From Erysipelothrix inopinata (GTDB lineage Bacteria; Bacillota_I; Bacilli_A; Erysipelotrichales; Erysipelotrichaceae): DNA of 32,000 bases. Shown here piece by piece: positions 1 through 8,087 of the stretch; positions within the stretch are counted from its first letter, which is position 1; each line of letters starts with the position of its first letter. The DNA lies in contig NZ_CP060715.1 of NCBI RefSeq assembly GCF_014396165.1, positions 1,590,001 through 1,622,000 of the forward strand. The letters are read 5' to 3'. A model generated the notes under the pieces. It saw nothing but the letters and a program-made list of their open reading frames with translations. It had not been told where the DNA came from and made no database searches. The position numbers were made by a program, and so were the translations under genes.

Positions 1-35
1 GAAATGGTTTAAAATTAGAAATTGAGGATGATATT

Positions 36-1499
36 ATGAAGAAAAATAAAAATAAAGAATTCTTTCTATTTCGAGCTAAGTTTATTTTTGGTTTACAAGT
101 TCTTATCAGTGCTCTCACTACATTTGCACTTTACCGTTTAAACTTACTTCCAATGAAATACTTTGGTATTGTAGTAGCATTAATTGTTGTCTTACTTTTA
201 CTAGTAGGATTGATGCTTCTCAAATCCAAAAAAAATGGTGTCATTAATACAGGAAAAATCTTAAGTTTAATTCTGAGCCTCGCAATGATTTTAGGTACAA
301 AATACGTCTTTGACGGAAACAGTTTCCTAAAGAAAATCACAGGCGCTGACAAAGATGTTCATTTGATTTCAGTTATTGTTATGGAAGATAGTAGCTATAA
401 AAAATTTGATGACGTTAAGAATTTAGAGTTTGCTGCAAATACCGGATTTGATAAAGAAGGTATTGCGAAGGCTCAAGAACTAATTAAAAAGGAATTTAAA
501 ACAGATGTTAAGACGGTTGATTATAAAACTTATGATCAATTAGCTGATAGTCTCTACACTGGTAAAAGTCAAGTCATGCTGCTTAGCGAAGCACACCGTG
601 GCCTTATAAAAGAATCCCACGAAGACTTTGATCAAAAGACACGCGTTATCGCAACTGTCCAATATGACGAGGATAGTAATGTTAAGAAACGTGATGTGAA
701 TGTTAAACAAGAAACGTTCTCGATTTTTATCACAGGAATCGATACTTATGGACCCGTCTCTACGGTAGCACGTTCAGATGTGAATATGATCATGACGGTT
801 AATCCACGTCAACGTCAAGTGTTGCTTACTAGTATTCCTCGTGATTATCACGTGAAACTTGCATCAAAAGGCGCATATGACAAACTGACTCACTCTGGTA
901 TCTATGGACCTATGGAATCAGTCAATACGCTAGAAAACCTACTTGATATTGAAATTGATTACTACTTGAAAGTTAATTTTAGTTCTGTAGAACGCATTGT
1001 TGACGCTCTAGGAGGAGTTGAAGTAAATTCATTTTATACCTTTAGCGTTGGAGGTTATTCGTACCAAAAAGGAATGAATCATATGAATGGCCCTATGGCA
1101 CTTCGATTTGTTCGCGAGCGAAAAACATTGCCAAATGGAGATTCGGATCGTGGACGTCACCAACAAGAACTTATCAAAGGAATCATTAACAAAGCGGCAT
1201 CACCTGCAATTATTACTAACTTTAACTCAATCCTAGATTCTGTTTCAGATAGTATTATTACAAGTATGCCTGATAATGAACTTCGTACATTGATTAAAAT
1301 GCAGGTAGATAATCCTGCATCATGGGATGTGCAAACAGCACAACTTAAGGGTACAGGGGCTTACAGTAAGACAACTTACTCAATGCCAGGTTGGAACTTG
1401 TACGTTATGGAGCCTGATTTCAATTCAGTGAATAATGCTACAAAACTTATCCATGATATGGAAAACAACAAAGTTATTAAATCAAATAACGATAATTAG
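36..1499 (+). CDS. LytR-CpsA-Psr (LCP) family glycopolymer-to-peptidoglycan ligase
   Basis: 487-aa ORF with GAGGA about 7 nt upstream of the ATG. It has a basic N-terminus, a single TM helix (FGIVVALIVVLLLLVGLMLL) and an extracytoplasmic domain with LCP-type motifs (SIPRDY, LRFVRERK..GDSDRGRHQQ). Confidence 0.85.
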   Translation: MKKNKNKEFFLFRAKFIFGLQVLISALTTFALYRLNLLPMKYFGIVVALIVVLLLLVGLMLLKSKKNGVINTGKILSLILSLAMILGTKYVFDGNSFLKKITGADKDVHLISVIVMEDSSYKKFDDVKNLEFAANTGFDKEGIAKAQELIKKEFKTDVKTVDYKTYDQLADSLYTGKSQVMLLSEAHRGLIKESHEDFDQKTRVIATVQYDEDSNVKKRDVNVKQETFSIFITGIDTYGPVSTVARSDVNMIMTVNPRQRQVLLTSIPRDYHVKLASKGAYDKLTHSGIYGPMESVNTLENLLDIEIDYYLKVNFSSVERIVDALGGVEVNSFYTFSVGGYSYQKGMNHMNGPMALRFVRERKTLPNGDSDRGRHQQELIKGIINKAASPAIITNFNSILDSVSDSIITSMPDNELRTLIKMQVDNPASWDVQTAQLKGTGAYSKTTYSMPGWNLYVMEPDFNSVNNATKLIHDMENNKVIKSNNDN

Positions 1500-1501
1500 T
1501 C

Positions 1502-1532
1502 AAAAAAAGAGAACTCTCCGGAGTTCTTTTTT
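1502..1532 (+). terminator. Rho-independent terminator of the LCP gene
   Basis: An A-run, the stem GAGAACTC..GAGTTCTT around the loop TCCG, then T6, starting 3 nt after the stop codon. The A-run/T-run symmetry would let it work in both directions. Confidence 0.8.
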
Positions 1533-1533
1533 A
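1526..1533. repeat. 8-bp target-site duplication (CTTTTTTA), left copy, of IS copy 1
   Basis: The same octamer abuts the other IS end at 3031-3038. An 8-bp TSD is the ISL3-family norm. Confidence 0.85.
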
Positions 1534-3030
1534 GGTTCTTTAAAATCTGGTGTTGGTGAGATATTTATCTCATCAACACTTTTTTATTTTAGATAATAAA
1601 AAAAGACATAGATAAGTAAATCCTCTATACTAAAGTCACCACAACCAGAGAAAGGGATCCATCATCTATGTCCAATCAAAATAATACACGAATTTTACTT
1701 AATATTAAAGACAAATCCATACATTTTTCAGATGAAAGTGTTCAACAAGAAGTCATAAAAGGAGTTTTATCTCACGTTGTATACGCTACACACTCTCCGG
1801 ATCATCCCGATTATTGCACAAAATGTGGTTGCATTAATCAAGATAACTCTATTATTAAAAACGGAACTAAGTCTGTCACAATTAAACTTCCAAAGTGTTC
1901 TAATTTCACAACCTACTTAAAACTTAAAAAACAACGCTATTACTGCAAGATGTGTTCGCATACATTTATCTCTCAAACAAACCTAGTTGATAAAAACTGC
2001 TCCATATCCAAGAACACCTATCATAAAGTACTTTTAGAAATTAAGACAAAACGTTCTGTTTGGGATATATCAAAGAGTAATAATATCTCTCACACTACCA
2101 TTAACTCTTGGATCACAAATATCAATTCAAAGTTTATTCAACCTCACAATTCCTTGCCCAAGAACCTATCCTTCGATGAGTTTAAGTCAGTTAAAGAGGT
2201 TAAGGGTAAGATGTCATTTATTTTTACAGACGCTGATACAGGTAAGATACTGGATATCCTTACGCATCGTCATATTGGTTTCCTCAAGTCTTATTTCTTT
2301 TCATTCCCTCTTGAAGTTAGAAAACAAGTAGAGACTGTTTCTATGGATATGTTTAAAGGATATATCGACCTCGTAAAGTCCTGTTTCCCTAACGCTAAAA
2401 TAATTACCGATAGATTCCATGTCGTTCAGCTTATTAATCGATCATTCAACTCTGTAAGGACGCAAGTTATGAAAGAGAATAAACAATACTACTCTAAATT
2501 GAAGAAGTATTGGAAACTCTTAATGATGACTCAAGATGATTTAGATGACAAAGAATATAAGCACTTTAAGTGTTTCCCTCATCTTATGACTGAACAACAG
2601 GTCGTCGATGAACTCTTGAGATCTTCAAAAGAACTCGAAGAGTGTTATTGGTTAATGCAGCGAATACGGCTCTCTATCAATAACAGGCAAATAGACTATT
2701 TCGAAGACTTAATATCCAAGAATTACAAACATCTACCCAAGACGATTCAAACCACAATCAATACATTCAACTATCATAAAACATCGATACTTAATGCACT
2801 TACTTATGAATACTCAAACGGAAAATTAGAAGGTACTAATAACTTAATAAAAGTAATTAAGAGAATTGCATTCGGGTATCGATCATTCACAAATTTTAGA
2901 GCGAGAGTTTTACTTATAAGCAACACAATGTTACCATTACAATTATAAAAAGCTCCACCACAAATTAATGTGATGGAGCCGTGACTCTAAATCAATATTG
3001 GAGTTCACCAACACTAGATTTTCAAGAGCC
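1534..3030 (+). mobile_element. ISL3-family insertion sequence, copy 1 (1497 bp)
   Basis: Imperfect terminal inverted repeats: IRL GGTTCTTTAAAATCTGGTGTTGGTGA and IRR (reverse complement) GGCTCTTGAAAATCTAGTGTTGGTGA. It carries a single transposase ORF and is flanked by an 8-bp TSD. The ends were defined by comparison with copy 2. Confidence 0.9.
1668..2948 (+). CDS. ISL3-family transposase (N-terminal zinc finger + DDE domain)
   Basis: 426-aa ORF with Cys pairs (CTKCGC...CKMCSH) typical of zf-ISL3, plus a C-terminal ...NGKLEGTNNLIKVIKRIAFGYRSFTNFRARVLL motif typical of ISL3 transposases. The protein is identical to that of 12460-13740. Confidence 0.9.
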   Translation: MSNQNNTRILLNIKDKSIHFSDESVQQEVIKGVLSHVVYATHSPDHPDYCTKCGCINQDNSIIKNGTKSVTIKLPKCSNFTTYLKLKKQRYYCKMCSHTFISQTNLVDKNCSISKNTYHKVLLEIKTKRSVWDISKSNNISHTTINSWITNINSKFIQPHNSLPKNLSFDEFKSVKEVKGKMSFIFTDADTGKILDILTHRHIGFLKSYFFSFPLEVRKQVETVSMDMFKGYIDLVKSCFPNAKIITDRFHVVQLINRSFNSVRTQVMKENKQYYSKLKKYWKLLMMTQDDLDDKEYKHFKCFPHLMTEQQVVDELLRSSKELEECYWLMQRIRLSINNRQIDYFEDLISKNYKHLPKTIQTTINTFNYHKTSILNALTYEYSNGKLEGTNNLIKVIKRIAFGYRSFTNFRARVLLISNTMLPLQL

Positions 3031-3038
3031 CTTTTTTA
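3031..3038. repeat. 8-bp target-site duplication (CTTTTTTA), right copy, of IS copy 1
   Basis: Identical to 1526-1533 and directly abuts the IRR. Confidence 0.85.
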
Positions 3039-3109
3039 GTGTAATCACTTTTTAGATTTCTGTGACTGTTTAGAGGTATAATATGATATATGTAAAAAGG
3101 AGTGGAGAT

Positions 3110-3841
3110 ATGAAAAGTAGAAAACCGGTTATTGGAGTTACAACAAGTTATACTTTTGAGCATGAAGCACCGTTTGCGGGGTATAAACGGACTTATGTTA
3201 ATGATGATTACATTCAAGCGATTATTCGTAATGGGGGAGTACCACTGATGCTACCACTCAATACTGAGATTGATGTGTTAGAGGCACAACTTGATATGGT
3301 TGATGGCATCATTCTCTCTGGAGGATATGATGTTAATCCTGTATTATATAATCAACAACCGCGTCAAAAACTGGGAGAAATTCTACCGGTACGCGACGAA
3401 TTTGAATTTAAAGTCTTAGAAATTGCAAAACAAAAGAAGTTACCTGTTTTAGGTGTTTGTCGAGGACTTCAGATTATGAATACATTTTATGGTGGAAGTC
3501 TTGAACAGGATCTTTCATATGTTGTTTCAGAAAATGAAATCTTGAAACATAATCAAAATCAAACGCCAACACTTACGACTCATGGAATCGTAATTGAAGA
3601 AGATTCGTGGTTAACTCCGATTTTAGGAAAAGAGAACACCGTTAACTCATTTCATCATCAAGTTGTTAGAGAAGTAGCGCCAGAATTTAAGGCGGTAGCA
3701 CGTGCTCTAGATGGTGTTATTGAATCAATTGAGTATTCTGGTGATCAATTCTTGGTTGCGGTTCAGTGGCATCCAGAAATGTTGAAAGACAATGAAGAAA
3801 TGAACGAAATATTTAAGCTTATAATTAAGAAAGCGATGTAA
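3110..3841 (+). CDS. Class-I glutamine amidotransferase-like gamma-glutamyl hydrolase (peptidase C26, PuuD family)
   Basis: Family motifs KPVIGVT, DGIILSGGYDVNP, LGVCRGLQIMN, NSFHHQ and VQWHPE are present. I prefer the ATG at 3110 (AAAGGAG 8-14 nt upstream) over the track start at 3083. A TATAAT sits at 3077-3082. Confidence 0.8.
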   Translation: MKSRKPVIGVTTSYTFEHEAPFAGYKRTYVNDDYIQAIIRNGGVPLMLPLNTEIDVLEAQLDMVDGIILSGGYDVNPVLYNQQPRQKLGEILPVRDEFEFKVLEIAKQKKLPVLGVCRGLQIMNTFYGGSLEQDLSYVVSENEILKHNQNQTPTLTTHGIVIEEDSWLTPILGKENTVNSFHHQVVREVAPEFKAVARALDGVIESIEYSGDQFLVAVQWHPEMLKDNEEMNEIFKLIIKKAM

Positions 3842-3845
3842 TAAC

Positions 3846-5233
3846 ATGAAAAAATATGAAAAAATGGGTTATTGGTCGATTGTATTATTAACGATTAATT
3901 CAATCATCGGGTCGGGAATTTTCATTTCTCCGACTGATGTTGTGAAACAAGCAGGGACGCTTACACCCATAGTCTATCTCTGCGCTGCCATCTTTGCATC
4001 TGTGCTTGCCATTTCATTTGCTTCTGCATCGAAGTATGTTGTGAAGGGTGGAGCTGCTTACGCATATACAAAAGCTGCCTTCGGAGAAAAGACTGGGTTC
4101 TATATTGGTATTACACGTTTTGTTTCAGCAAGTATAGCATGGGGTGTCATGGCCACAGCTGTTGTTAGAACGAGCTTGAATATTTTCAAAATTGAACCGA
4201 CTAACTCTGCAATTACAATTGGCTTTTTGATTCTTATGCTAATTCTGTTATTTATAAACATGTGGGGTACGAGAATCTTAACGGTTATCAGCAACCTTTC
4301 GACAATCGGGAAGCTTCTTGCACTCTCAATAACAATCATCGCTGGTATTGTGATCGTGCTTAAAACAGGTGAAAATCATTTCAGTGAAATAGCCACAGTA
4401 ACAGGTAGTGATGGATCCCTAGTTGTGCCCCCATGACAGTGTCTGTATTTGTTATGAGTATGCTCGCTGCATTTTATGCATTTACCGGATTTGAAAGTAT
4501 CGCGAGTGGTTCTCAAGATATGGAGAAGCCAGAAGTTAATTTACCTCGAGCAATTCCTGTGGGAATTATTATCATTGCTTTCTTCTATATTGCGATTGTT
4601 GGTATCGCGATGATGGTGAATCCAGTAGCGCTTGCAACATCAAAAGAAGTTGTTATACTGGCGGCTGTCTTTGATAATCCCTTTATTAAAGGATTAATCA
4701 TTATAGGAGCACTTGTTTCGATGTTTGGTATAAATGTAGCGGCCTCATTTCACACACCGCGAGTTTTAGAATCAATGGCAAAAGAAGGTCAATTATCTAA
4801 GTTTTTTGATAAACGAACGGGTCATGACTTTCCGCTTAGAGCCTTCTTACTTACTGCAATTGTTGCGATTGTAGTCCCAATATCCTTTGATTATAAAATG
4901 GGAAGTATTATGGTTATCAGTTCCATTTCGCGATTCGTTCAGTTTGTTATGGTTCCTCTAGCAGTTATTTACTTTTATAGAGGGAAATCAAAAGAACCAA
5001 TCTTAGATGCACATAAAAATAAAATTACCGATGTTGTTTTACCGATAATTTCAATAATACTGACAATTTTCTTATTAGTTAAGTTCGATTGGGCAGGTCA
5101 ATTTTCGGAAACTACCGCTTTAGGAACAACAGTTTTAAACTATAAAGCGATTACTGCAATGGTATTTGGATACATTGTAATTCCTATAAGTTTGTACTAT
5201 TTAAAAGAATTCTCACAAAAAAGAAACGCATAA
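3846..5233 (+). pseudogene. APC-superfamily amino-acid permease, split by a -1/+2 frameshift at a C5 tract
   Basis: ORFs 3846-4436 (196 aa) and 4433-5233 (266 aa) are the N- and C-halves of one ~462-aa, 12-TM APC permease (N-terminus INSIIGSGIFISP). The frames join if CCCCC at 4428-4432 were C6, reading ...SLVVPPMTVSVF... Confidence 0.75.
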
Positions 5234-5270
5234 AAAAGAGGTTGCTTCATAAATAAGCAACCTCTTTTAA
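5232..5270. terminator. Bidirectional rho-independent terminator between convergent genes
   Basis: AAAAAAGAGGTTGCTT-cataaata-AAGCAACCTCTTTT: an 11-bp GC-containing stem with an A-run on one side and a T-run on the other. Confidence 0.8.
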
Positions 5271-5283
5271 TGTTTTATAGCTA

Positions 5284-5508
5284 TTATACGTATTCGCCAG
5301 GTTTAACTGTGAACATGATTGCGCCTGCCATTGGATCTTTTTTGATTGCTGCTTTAATAAGCTTGCAAGCTTCTTCTTTATCTTCCATTTCAACTTCGAA
5401 ATAGAGCTTAATACCGTCTTTTTTAACGAAAGTTGCTTTTGGGTTATCAAGACCTTCAACGATAGTTTGAATTTGTTTTTGCATAATAGGGCTGTTTACA
5501 ATAATCAT
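5284..5508 (-). CDS. Small hypothetical protein (74 aa)
   Basis: An ATG at 5508 is preceded by AAAGAGGTG with 6-nt spacing. The ORF is compact, terminator-bounded, charged and non-membrane. I recognise no family. Confidence 0.55.
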   Translation of the reverse strand: MIIVNSPIMQKQIQTIVEGLDNPKATFVKKDGIKLYFEVEMEDKEEACKLIKAAIKKDPMAGAIMFTVKPGEYV

Positions 5509-5576
5509 AGGGTGCACCTCTTTCTACGAAAATATTCTAGCAAAATTCAGTTGGGAAAGCAACGAAATATACAATC

Positions 5577-5595
5577 TTTGAAATAATATTCCAAA
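5577..5595. promoter_or_regulatory. 19-bp palindrome TTTGAAATA-A-TATTCCAAA, candidate MurR/RpiR operator
   Basis: It matches the palindrome core at 10139-10157 at 17 of 19 positions. It lies in the divergent intergenic region upstream of the PTS-mupG operon. Confidence 0.45.
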
Positions 5596-5610
5596 AATAT
5601 GCTAATTTAC

Positions 5611-5639
5611 TTGAAATTTATTTCTTAATGGTCTATCAT
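5611..5639 (+). promoter_or_regulatory. Putative sigma-A promoter of the EIIC-mupG operon
   Basis: -35 TTGAAA (5611-5616), 17-nt spacer, -10 TATCAT (5634-5639). It overlaps a weaker GAAAT-TT-ATTTC half-palindrome at 5613-5624. Confidence 0.4.
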
Positions 5640-5679
5640 ATCCACTGTAAGCACTAACAGTGCAGAAAGGGAGTTTAAA

Positions 5680-6981
5680 ATGGAGAGTTTAACACGCTTT
5701 ATTGAAGAGAAAATTGCACCACCATTGATTAAGTTTTCTCAATTAAAATATGTCCAAGTAATGCAACGTACTGGACTTGGAATCATGAGTTTATTAGTTA
5801 TTGGTTCTGTATTTTTATTAGTTGCATCATTCCCAATTCCAGGTTGGACTGATTTCCTTGGAGATTTCCGATGGACAATCGCTGCAGCATCAGGCGTTGG
5901 TACAGGATTTATCGCATTATATACTGTTATTACTGCATCTTATGGATTAGTAGAATACTACAACAAGCAAAAAGGGGAGAACCACGATATTGTTCAACCT
6001 ATGATCTTAGCTGTAGCATCATTCTTATTACTTAACCCAGCACAAACTGTAAAAACAATCGTTGAAGGATCAGACAAACCTGGTTCATTCACAGGTGTTC
6101 CGACATTGTACTTAGGAGCAATCGGGGTATTTGCTGCCTTAATTATTGCTATTGTTACTGTTGAAATTTACCGTTTCGTAGTTAACAAGAAAATGGTTAT
6201 CAAAATGCCAGAAGGTGTTCCACCAATGGTATCTCAATCATTCGTTGCTTTAATTCCTAGCTTCTTTGTAATCTTATTCTGGTGGATTTTCGGACATGTT
6301 CTCCACATGAACATTCCAGAAATGATCGCAGGAATCTTTACACCACTTGTACAAGTTGGAGATAGCCCAATTGTTGTTATCGTTACAACATTCTTAAACC
6401 GTATTCTATGGGCAGTGGGTATCCACGGTTCAAATATCGTTAACTCTGTTGCTGGTACATTCTGGGGACAAATGGCTAACGAAAACTTGGCAGCATTCCA
6501 AGCTGGAATCCAACCACTACCATACAAATTTTCTTCAGTATGGATTGACAACTACATTTGGATTGGTTTATTCCCATTAGCATTGTCATTAATTACTTCC
6601 AAATCACCACGTTTGAAAAAACTTGGTCAATTATCAATTGCTGCATCACTATTTAACATTGGTGAGCCACTAATCTTTGGTCTTCCAATCATGCTAAACC
6701 CATTAATGATGATTCCATTCATCTTAAGTTATGTATTCTTAGCAATCGTTGCAATTGTATTAACAACAATCGGTTGGTTGCCAGTACCTGCATTAATGAT
6801 CTCATGGATCACACCAGCTCCAATCAAAACATTCTTAGCTACAAACGGTAGCTTTGCAGCTCTAGCATACGTATTACTTGCATGGGTATTTATGTACTTT
6901 GTATTCTACCCATTCGTTAAAGCAATCGAAAAGAACGATCTTATGGAAATTGCTGCTGCGGAAGCTGAAGAACAAAAATAA
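5680..6981 (+). CDS. PTS EIIC permease, lactose/cellobiose/chitobiose family (TC 4.A.3 type)
   Basis: 433-aa polytopic protein. The N-terminus (FIEEKIAPPLIKFSQLKYVQVMQRTGLG) and an internal GIHGSN motif are typical of type-3 EIIC. RBS AAAGGGAG. No EIIB or EIIA domain or gene lies nearby. Confidence 0.8.
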   Translation: MESLTRFIEEKIAPPLIKFSQLKYVQVMQRTGLGIMSLLVIGSVFLLVASFPIPGWTDFLGDFRWTIAAASGVGTGFIALYTVITASYGLVEYYNKQKGENHDIVQPMILAVASFLLLNPAQTVKTIVEGSDKPGSFTGVPTLYLGAIGVFAALIIAIVTVEIYRFVVNKKMVIKMPEGVPPMVSQSFVALIPSFFVILFWWIFGHVLHMNIPEMIAGIFTPLVQVGDSPIVVIVTTFLNRILWAVGIHGSNIVNSVAGTFWGQMANENLAAFQAGIQPLPYKFSSVWIDNYIWIGLFPLALSLITSKSPRLKKLGQLSIAASLFNIGEPLIFGLPIMLNPLMMIPFILSYVFLAIVAIVLTTIGWLPVPALMISWITPAPIKTFLATNGSFAALAYVLLAWVFMYFVFYPFVKAIEKNDLMEIAAAEAEEQK

Positions 6982-6984
6982 TCT

Positions 6985-8022
6985 ATGTTAGGAATCTCAA
7001 GCTATTTCCAAGATTTAGATTATGAGTACCTAAAGAGAGCATCTGAAATAGGAGCGAAGTATTTGTTTACTTCGCTTCATATTCCAGAAGAAGATCTATC
7101 ACAACTCGATAAACAATTACCTGAGTTCTTAAAAACAACAAAGGAATTAGGACTTGAGTTAGTTCCTGATATTTCTCCTGCAACCTTTGAAAAATTAGGG
7201 GTTGAAGCGAATGATTATAAGGCACTTAAAGAATTAGGATTTACAGCACTTCGTCTTGATTACGGTTTTGATGATTTTGAAATTGTTAAAACACTACTTC
7301 AAGATTTTGAATTGATGTTAAATGCTAGTGTTGTGAATGAACAATATATTCTCGATGCCAAAGCAGCCGGTGTCGATTTCACTCACATATCAGTGCTTCA
7401 TAATTTCTATCCAAAAACTGAAACTGGATTGTCTTTAGATTACTTTAAAAAGATTAACAAAGTATTTATTAAACATGATATTAAAATTATGGCATTTGTG
7501 CCTGGAGATCGTCTAAAACGATTCCCACTTTACGAAGGACTTCCAACAGTAGAACAACATCGTCAAAAGAATCCGTATGTTGCTGCTGTCGAATTAATTC
7601 ATGAATGTGGTATTGCTGATATTTTAATCGGTGACTCATTAGCACATGAATCAACATTGCAAAATATTGAAAGCTATATGAAAGATCGTACTATGACCAT
7701 TCCTGCTCATTTTAATGAAAATGCACAGGATATGTACGAAAAAGAACATACTGTTCGTAAAGATTTATCAGAAAACGTAATTCGTGTCCTATCACCTCGT
7801 GTACCAAACATTGATGTGATTGATAACTCATACCGTGTACGCGGTGCGATTACAATGGAAAACAAACTATCGGGTCGTTATAGTGGTGAAATTCAAATCA
7901 CTAAAAAAGACTTCCCAATGGATGCTCGTACCAATGTTTTAGGATTTATTCATCCTGATTACGTAGAATTGGTCGATTACATTGATCGTGATACGAAAAT
8001 TAAGTTTATTCCAATTAAATAA
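6985..8022 (+). CDS. mupG: DUF871 / MupG-family 6-phospho-N-acetylmuramidase
   Basis: 345 aa. The N-terminus MLGISSYF...GAKYLFTSLHIPEE and the overall length fit DUF871. It sits with murR, murQ and a PTS EIIC, as in characterised MurNAc-GlcNAc utilisation loci. Confidence 0.75.
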   Translation: MLGISSYFQDLDYEYLKRASEIGAKYLFTSLHIPEEDLSQLDKQLPEFLKTTKELGLELVPDISPATFEKLGVEANDYKALKELGFTALRLDYGFDDFEIVKTLLQDFELMLNASVVNEQYILDAKAAGVDFTHISVLHNFYPKTETGLSLDYFKKINKVFIKHDIKIMAFVPGDRLKRFPLYEGLPTVEQHRQKNPYVAAVELIHECGIADILIGDSLAHESTLQNIESYMKDRTMTIPAHFNENAQDMYEKEHTVRKDLSENVIRVLSPRVPNIDVIDNSYRVRGAITMENKLSGRYSGEIQITKKDFPMDARTNVLGFIHPDYVELVDYIDRDTKIKFIPIK

Positions 8023-8049
8023 AAGAGGGAAGCTATTCCTTCTTTTTTT
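8023..8049 (+). terminator. Weak or partial intrinsic terminator after mupG
   Basis: AGAGGGAAG-ctattc-CTTCTTTTT followed by a T-run. The stem relies on G-U pairs, so attenuation is more likely than full termination. Confidence 0.35.
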
Positions 8050-8087
8050 AAAATAAAGTATGATGTACTTGGATGTGAGGTATTAAA

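Noticed and set aside
3846-5233. Two independent small membrane proteins (196 aa and 266 aa).
   Set aside because: Together they make one canonical APC permease. The ORFs overlap by 4 nt at a C5 tract with no RBS for the second, so a frameshift is the simpler explanation.
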